Of a DNA stretch of 64,000 bases, positions 58,901 to 64,000 are shown piece by piece (position 1 is the first letter of the stretch; the number at the start of each line of letters is the position of its first letter). A program made the position numbers and the translations under genes. Origin of the DNA: Podarcis liolepis (lineage: Eukaryota); NCBI GenBank assembly GCA_965112155.1, contig OZ218104.1; one strand, 5' to 3'. The notes under the pieces are model-generated. The model searched no databases and had not been told where the DNA came from. It worked only from the letters and a program-made list of their open reading frames with translations.

Positions 58901-61900
58901 TTTCAAATCTTGCTGCTGAATATTTCCCAGTAAACCAGACTGAGGCAATGGCCAGAAAATAGGTGAAAGATGTAGAAATATGCTAGCATTGGTATTAGGG
59001 TGGGGTATTAGCAAGGGGTTAGGTGGCCAGTTGAATGTGGAATGCTTGGTGTTTGGTGTCAGGAATAGATAAAAGGACTCTTCTGGGCAGGGAAGACTTA
59101 AGTAGCGAGAACGTACGTCTACAGTTTGCAAGGCCATTATGTTTTGATAATCATAGCTACCTGCAAACACATTAATGTGAGCCTGTGGAGCAGAGATGAT
59201 CTCTAATCTCTTGCTTTGCCTGAAGAAGTTTGAAAGTGTACCTGCACATTAATGTTCAGCATGCTGTGAGTGCTTGATGCATCCTGCCCAATATGCTAAT
59301 CTAGGGATGAATGATACTTTAATTCTGCAGTCATTCAGATTTGCTTTCCTGGCTTCCAAAATAATTGCTAATGAAGAACAAATGTGTTCTCATAACTAAA
59401 CCAGCCCTTTCCAAATAAAATTCTTGGTCTATATGCAGTCCCCACATATGTGTTACATGTCTGAGCTAAACACCATTCAGAACCCTTTAGAGCTATGCCA
59501 CATTTTGGTGATGCAGACCTCGTTCTTTCCTGCTCAGTGCCTTCTTGACTGCTGCAGCAGCTTTTGGAGCTTGCTTCCTCCCATTTATACCACAACTTGG
59601 CCCTATTTTTCCTTGCTTTGCCAAGCTTCAGCTTTATTTTCTTATTCTCTCCTAGTGTATCCTCTTTTTAGTTGTCTCACAGTTTCTTCTCCTCTCATAC
59701 CTATAGCACAGCGAACATTCTTCAAGAAATGCTGGGAAGATGGCTTTAATCTTCTATCTATAGATGGAGTAAATGTTCCTGGGTGAACAACATGCTGTTG
59801 ACTGTTGCCCAAGTTGTCATGAATTCATGGCAATAGCTCCCTCTGCAATGCAGCAGTCTCCCATCGTGGAACCTCTTTCTTTCCTTATTGGGGTGGCTGT
59901 CCCCAACTTACTATGCTTCCTGCCTTGCTCTTGCCAATACTTCCCACCCCCCAAGTTCTTTCTCCAACTCCAATCACAATGATCAAGATTATGTGCACTT
60001 GATCCTTTGTTGTGATGTATCTGGTCTGATCTTTCGTGCCTGCTGAAGGTGGTCTTGGTGTTTCATCTTAACTGGAACTTAGTTCTTTTTATATTGTACC
60101 CAAATCCCAACTCACCAACTTTCTTACTAGGTCTGGATGACTATCAGATTTTCTATAAAGGAGCTTGCTTGCTGTCCCTATCAGTAATCTGTTCACATTT
60201 GACATGGGAAGTTACTACGTTCACAGCCTTGCAACCTTGCTTTCAGTGAAACGGTTACCCCTTTGATGTGAAAGTTTGAGTGGATGCTGTCATTGAAAGG
60301 ACTGTACTTAACATACTGTTTTCCTGACAGTACCTTTCCCACCCTGAGGTAAGACAGCTTGCTAGTCTCCATACGTGGGACCACACACTGATCATGAAGA
60401 AGAAAGATGGGTTGCTTATCTGTAACTGTAGCTCTTAGAGTGGTTATCTGTGCTCACAGCTCACTTCTTTCTCCCTCTGCTGGTGTTGCTCTTCTTTGGT
60501 CTCTTTTGGGCAGCCACATCCTGCTGGCAAGCACCTTGGTAGCTGAGACAGGGCATCTTGCCAAAACCTTTCCGTGTCTTATCTCTACAAGTTTGGTTTG
60601 CAAAGGCACACACATCCACATGTAACTGAACGGAGGACCGCTCAAAGAACTACAGTGACAGGAAAGCAACCTCTTTGAGCTCATAATATGACTGAGACTG
60701 CATCATCATGAAATCTACTGAAATATTCCAAACTGCTTCTGTTCCCTTGGCATTGGATCTGTGATTATGAAATTAATACATTTTCCCTCCATTTTGTGTA
60801 TTTATTTAATTAGTATCTACTTTTTTCAACAGCTGACTTATCTCAGGTATGGCCAGAGGCAAATCAGCACTTTAGCAAAGAGATTGATGATGAAGCCAAC
60901 AGCTATTTTCAGCGTATTTATAATCACCCACCGCATCCAACTATGTCTGTAGACGAGGTGAGCTGTGGGTAGTAATGGCATCTCTCTCAACTTGCCCTTC
61001 TTCATTACTGTAGACTTTCTTTTCAGTCTTATGGAAAATTTGAGAAAGTAGGTACTTGCAACATTGCTTTTTGTTTGGTTGCAGTTTAAGGGAAATTTAA
61101 ATTGTAAAATTCCAAAACGTATGTCCATACAGTTGCAGACAACTTTTGTGCAAGTGAAATTGGATGTTTGAAGTTGGGTCCAGTGGAAAGATAACGGTTC
61201 TGAAAGTTTTGTCTGCTTGTTATATGTCACAGTGGGGAAAAGTTATACTTCAGTTTGATTTGTGCCTCTGTTGGGTGAACACTTCTCCTGAGGGGAGGGG
61301 GTTGTTCCTAAATCAACAAAGTGCTACTTAGCAAAGAAAGCTGCAGTTGCTGAGCCTTAAATGTCTGGGTGACCCAGCACACTAAATTGGATCAAATTAG
61401 AGTCTCCCCTTTTAGAATGCATTTCTGAACACATTTTAGGCAATATTAGGACACACTATTTAATGTTTTGCGTTTACGGTGTTACAGTCATATAAACGTG
61501 TTACAGAATATAAACGTGCAAAACCCAGCATAATGACATAAACTTCAGTGAATGAGGCCAGCTGCATGTAGTGAGTATTATTTGTTCTTAGCGTTCTGAT
61601 TCAAGCATGTTAACTGGAAAAACCCTTTTGACAAGTAAGCAGAATAGAAATAAATAATACATGTGAGATTTTCCCTAGCAAAATTTTTACTGGTTTTCTC
61701 AGCAAACTTTACTTTGTGTAGGTGCTCCAAGGGCTAAGCATAATAAACTGAGTCTCTTCATAACATTCTGATTTCTTTACAGGTGTTAGAAATGCTACAG
61801 AGGTTTAAGGACTCCAACATTAAACGAGAACGCGAAGTATTTAACTGTATGCTGAGGAACTTGTTTGAGGAATATCGGTTTTTCCCCCAGTACCCCGATA

Positions 61901-62069
61901 AAGAGCTGCACATAACAGCCTGCCTCTTTGGTGGGATAATAGAGAAAGGACTGGTTACATATATGGCGCTGGGCCTGGCCTTGCGCTATGTTCTTGAAGC
62001 CTTACGAAAGCCTTTTACATCCAAAATGTACTATTTTGGTATTGCTGCACTAGATAGATTTAAAAATAG
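42558..62069 (+). CDS. CNOT1: CCR4-NOT transcription complex subunit 1, coding exons 3-21 (partial: start in gap, 3' part beyond window)
   Basis: join(42558-42665,43956-44054,44488-44556,45861-45915,46969-47172,48053-48221,48622-48748,49824-49934,51214-51384,52020-52147,52717-52957,53985-54104,55414-55536,55760-55911,56626-56776,57605-57809,58084-58227,60833-60957,61783-62069). Continuous frame, near-identical to recalled human CNOT1 from [23 protein letters not shown] to [14 protein letters not shown]. Confidence 0.97.
42880..43058 (+). mobile_element. Decayed tRNA-derived squamate SINE (Squam2-like)
   Basis: CATAGCTAATTGATAGAGCACATGCTTT head; CTGCCTGAAACCCT...CTGCCAGTCAGT; tail GGTTCCTGTGTTCCTA. 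Confidence 0.6.
43956..44054 (+). CDS. CNOT1: CNOT1 exon 4
   Basis: [33 protein letters not shown]. Confidence 0.96.
44488..44556 (+). CDS. CNOT1: CNOT1 exon 5
   Basis: [23 protein letters not shown]. Confidence 0.95.
44600..45530 (-). mobile_element. Degenerate CR1 LINE remnant
   Basis: Reverse-strand counterparts of the motifs in the 31.9-33.0 kb remnant (TGTGAAGAAATGCCTCCTTTTGTCCAACCTGAAT; AGATCATTTATAAACAAATTAAAAGCAC). Confidence 0.65.
45861..45915 (+). CDS. CNOT1: CNOT1 exon 6
   Basis: [18 protein letters not shown]. Confidence 0.95.
46925..46961. repeat. (CT)n microsatellite forming the polypyrimidine tract of CNOT1 exon 7
   Basis: About 18 units immediately before the TTTAAAAG acceptor. 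Confidence 0.9.
46969..47172 (+). CDS. CNOT1: CNOT1 exon 7 (GC donor)
   Basis: [67 protein letters not shown]|GCAAGT. Confidence 0.94.
48053..48221 (+). CDS. CNOT1: CNOT1 exon 8
   Basis: [55 protein letters not shown]. Confidence 0.96.
48622..48748 (+). CDS. CNOT1: CNOT1 exon 9
   Basis: [42 protein letters not shown]. Confidence 0.96.
49824..49934 (+). CDS. CNOT1: CNOT1 exon 10
   Basis: [37 protein letters not shown]. Confidence 0.96.
51214..51384 (+). CDS. CNOT1: CNOT1 exon 11
   Basis: [57 protein letters not shown]. Confidence 0.96.
51445..51710 (-). mobile_element. 5'-truncated Sauria SINE
   Basis: Reverse complement of the 3' two-thirds of the 39466 element (AAAGGTAGAGGGACCCCTGACCATTAGGTCCAGTCG...TTCGAACTGCTAGGTTGGCAGGAGC). 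Confidence 0.9.
52020..52147 (+). CDS. CNOT1: CNOT1 exon 12
   Basis: [42 protein letters not shown]. Confidence 0.96.
52717..52957 (+). CDS. CNOT1: CNOT1 exon 13
   Basis: [36 protein letters not shown]...[16 protein letters not shown]. Confidence 0.96.
53985..54104 (+). CDS. CNOT1: CNOT1 exon 14
   Basis: [40 protein letters not shown]. Confidence 0.96.
55414..55536 (+). CDS. CNOT1: CNOT1 exon 15
   Basis: [41 protein letters not shown]. Confidence 0.96.
55760..55911 (+). CDS. CNOT1: CNOT1 exon 16
   Basis: [50 protein letters not shown]. Confidence 0.96.
56626..56776 (+). CDS. CNOT1: CNOT1 exon 17
   Basis: [50 protein letters not shown]. Confidence 0.96.
56907..57042 (+). ncRNA. SNORA50: H/ACA snoRNA SNORA50 (ACA50/SNORA76 family) in CNOT1 intron 17
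   Basis: 136 nt, AAGCACCATCTTTGAACCTGA...CTTGTTATAACTGGGGCT...CTGCTCTTTTAAAAACAAGGCACATAT. Closely matches recalled human ACA50, which CNOT1 hosts. Two hairpins (AGCACC/GGTGCT; CTTGTT/AACAAG) and an ACA box at 57037-57039, three nt from the end. Confidence 0.9.
57605..57809 (+). CDS. CNOT1: CNOT1 exon 18
   Basis: [50 protein letters not shown]...[10 protein letters not shown]. Confidence 0.95.
58084..58227 (+). CDS. CNOT1: CNOT1 exon 19 (alternative acceptors 58084/58087; alternative donors 58212/58227)
   Basis: (V)[42 protein letters not shown](SKMKP). Confidence 0.93.
60833..60957 (+). CDS. CNOT1: CNOT1 exon 20
   Basis: [41 protein letters not shown]. Confidence 0.96.
61783..62069 (+). 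CDS. CNOT1: CNOT1 exon 21
   Basis: [54 protein letters not shown]...AALDRFKN. Confidence 0.96.
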
Positions 62070-63769
62070 GTGAGTGTGTTTTTATAATATTTCCAAAATG
62101 CATGGGGGAATCTCATAACTATATGCCTACTTCAGCAATATATTTAGCTTTCCAATACAAGGTTGACAGTATATTGCAGTTATTGAACATGTCTCACAGT
62201 AGAGACATAAATTAAATAGAACCTTCGGCTAATAAAGGGAATGCAGATTTTAAAATAAATGAAAAGGAAGTAAATTACTTATAGTCTGAATCTGATGAAT
62301 CTGAATAGAAATTGCCTTAAAATGGCTTTGAAAGTATCAGTTGGCGTATATATATATTAATATTGCTACTGGGGGGGGAAGGAGAAAGCAAATCAGTGTT
62401 ACTGGAAGTGAAGCTGCCTTGTAGACTTACAAAGACTAGGAGCAATCCAGCTAAAGTCGAGCCCATTTTTGTCTCATTTGTATTAATGGGAGGAGCCTCT
62501 TTCCCACTGAAATAACTTTGCCTGGATTGTACTTTATACGTTTGGGTCATGCAAGGTCACTCTCCCAAGATTCATTACGATGGAAAGCTTAACTTTCATC
62601 CATTTTGCAAGGCAGTATTCATGGCCCTCTAGAAACAACTAGTGGGGGCCTCACTTACCAGATGCCAACATGTCAAAAGTGCTGGTAAGTAGCTACTTCT
62701 TTGTTGCACAGTAGAAACCAGTATGAGTCCATTTCTCCTCTCCCCACAGCAGTGTGACCATTCCACATCCCAATAGTCAGTTTCCTCCCCTCTTCCTCTG
62801 TGTACTCCATGCCACCCCTGTGAATCCTATGGCAAGCACTCTGTGATTCTGCACCCTTCTATCTGTTTCAGACAGTTTGCATATTGTTCCTTATCTCTGC
62901 ATCTTTGGAGCAAGATACATAGCTTCATACCCCTGTGGGAAAACTTGTCATGTTCAGGATAATTTCTGAAACCATAACTACTACAAGTTTTTAATGAAAG
63001 CTTGAGATTCACAGAACTTTAGTACACCTTTGGAACATCAGTGCAACTTGGGGTTTTGTTTAATATCCCTACTGAGAGACTTTGTAATTTTTATCCATTA
63101 TTGCTCTGTACTGTTCTTCCTTTTGGTGCTGTATATTTGAATTGGTTTCTTGTTCAATAGAAATTTTCATTCAAAGAGCTGTCATAGTTTTACAGCTATC
63201 TAGCTGATAAAATGAGAGAGCATAAGGATTCCTATCTTTAATTCCTATCTTCCTATCTATCTAAGCAGACAGGTGTTCTAACAAACATATAGTTCTGAAA
63301 TTGAAGTTAGCCTTCAAGACTGAGATTTCTTGACTTATTTAGTTATCAAAACATTTTTAAGGCTGAATTTTGCAAATTGGATTCTGTACCTATATTAGCC
63401 TTAAATTGCAGAATGTTCTGCATTAAAAACTGTTTCTGCATTTAGAAAGTTGTGGGGAGAGCTGCAGAAGAAAGAAGGCCAACAGGGTAGGGAATTCTAG
63501 AGGTGGTTAGAGGGGAGCAACAACAAGCTCTGTATTTAGTAAAGAGGCATATGTCTGCCATATGTCACTTGAGAAGACTGCTGTGGTTCTTCCAAAGATG
63601 TTATTGGGAACTATGAGAGCTATATTGACAAATTGATTGGGTTTTTAGAAAAGGGTAGCTAATAGCACAATCTGTGGGGGTGGCCCATAAATGTGGATCT
63701 AAGTCTTATTGTTTGGTAGGTTGGCCCCTTATTCTTGGTGGAGAAAGCCACCAATAGTTCCTAGGTACC

Positions 63770-63975
63770 ACGATGGCTATGTTCTGCCTCCATGTTTGGA
63801 GACATTGTGCCTCTGAATACAAGTTGCTGGGAACTGCATGTGGAGTGAGTGCTGTTGTGCTCAGGTATTGCTTGTGGGCTTCCCATGGGCATCTAGATGG
63901 TCACTATGAAAACAAGAGTTCTTGACTTGATGGGCCTTTGTCCTAATTCAGCAGGTTCTTCTTGTGTCCTTGTGC
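63770..63975 (+). mobile_element. CR1-type 3' UTR remnant
   Basis: GCCTCTGAATAC...GGGCATCTAGATGGTCACTATGA...GATGGGCCTTTGTCCTAATTCAGCAGG; similar pieces at ~18105-18300 and ~29570-29730 (minus). Confidence 0.55.
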
Positions 63976-64000
63976 TTATGCCTTGGCAGCATACAGTTGG

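Noticed and set aside
62070-64000. SNORA46, also hosted by CNOT1
   Set aside because: No match seen; it probably lies in a later intron beyond the window.
1-64000. CRISPR arrays, prokaryotic systems, or intact transposase/RT ORFs
   Set aside because: Eukaryotic intron-rich DNA with no regularly spaced repeat-spacer array; all LINE pieces are frameshifted remnants.

Overview
Vertebrate nuclear DNA from a squamate reptile; the Sauria SINE type suggests a lacertid lizard. Three multi-exon genes lie on the + strand. (1) SLC38A7/SNAT7, a lysosomal glutamine/asparagine transporter: CpG-island promoter at ~3.5-4.2 kb and 10 coding exons at 5995-12778, giving an intact 459-aa ORF. (2) An intact 11-exon, 456-aa cathepsin A-like S10 serine carboxypeptidase at 17757-27636, with a TATA/GATA, CpG-poor promoter. 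It sits between SLC38A7 and CNOT1, where I recall no such gene in human. (3) The 5' half of CNOT1: CpG island at ~29.9-31.6 kb, non-coding exon 1, exon 2 cut by a 204-N assembly gap, and coding exons 3-21. The gene runs off the right edge and hosts SNORA50 in intron 17. Introns hold hAT-type and Tc1/mariner MITEs, Sauria and tRNA-derived SINEs, and CR1/L2 remnants. The most notable observations are the CTSA paralog with three fused exon pairs and a rewritten maturation linker, a decayed copy of its last intron/exon inside CNOT1 intron 2, a MILDSLSL mimic of the CNOT1 N-terminus upstream of exon 2, a candidate 18-nt poison microexon in CNOT1, and a start-stop/overlapping-uORF leader on SLC38A7. 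Gene identities and comparisons with human rest on recalled sequences, not on database searches.
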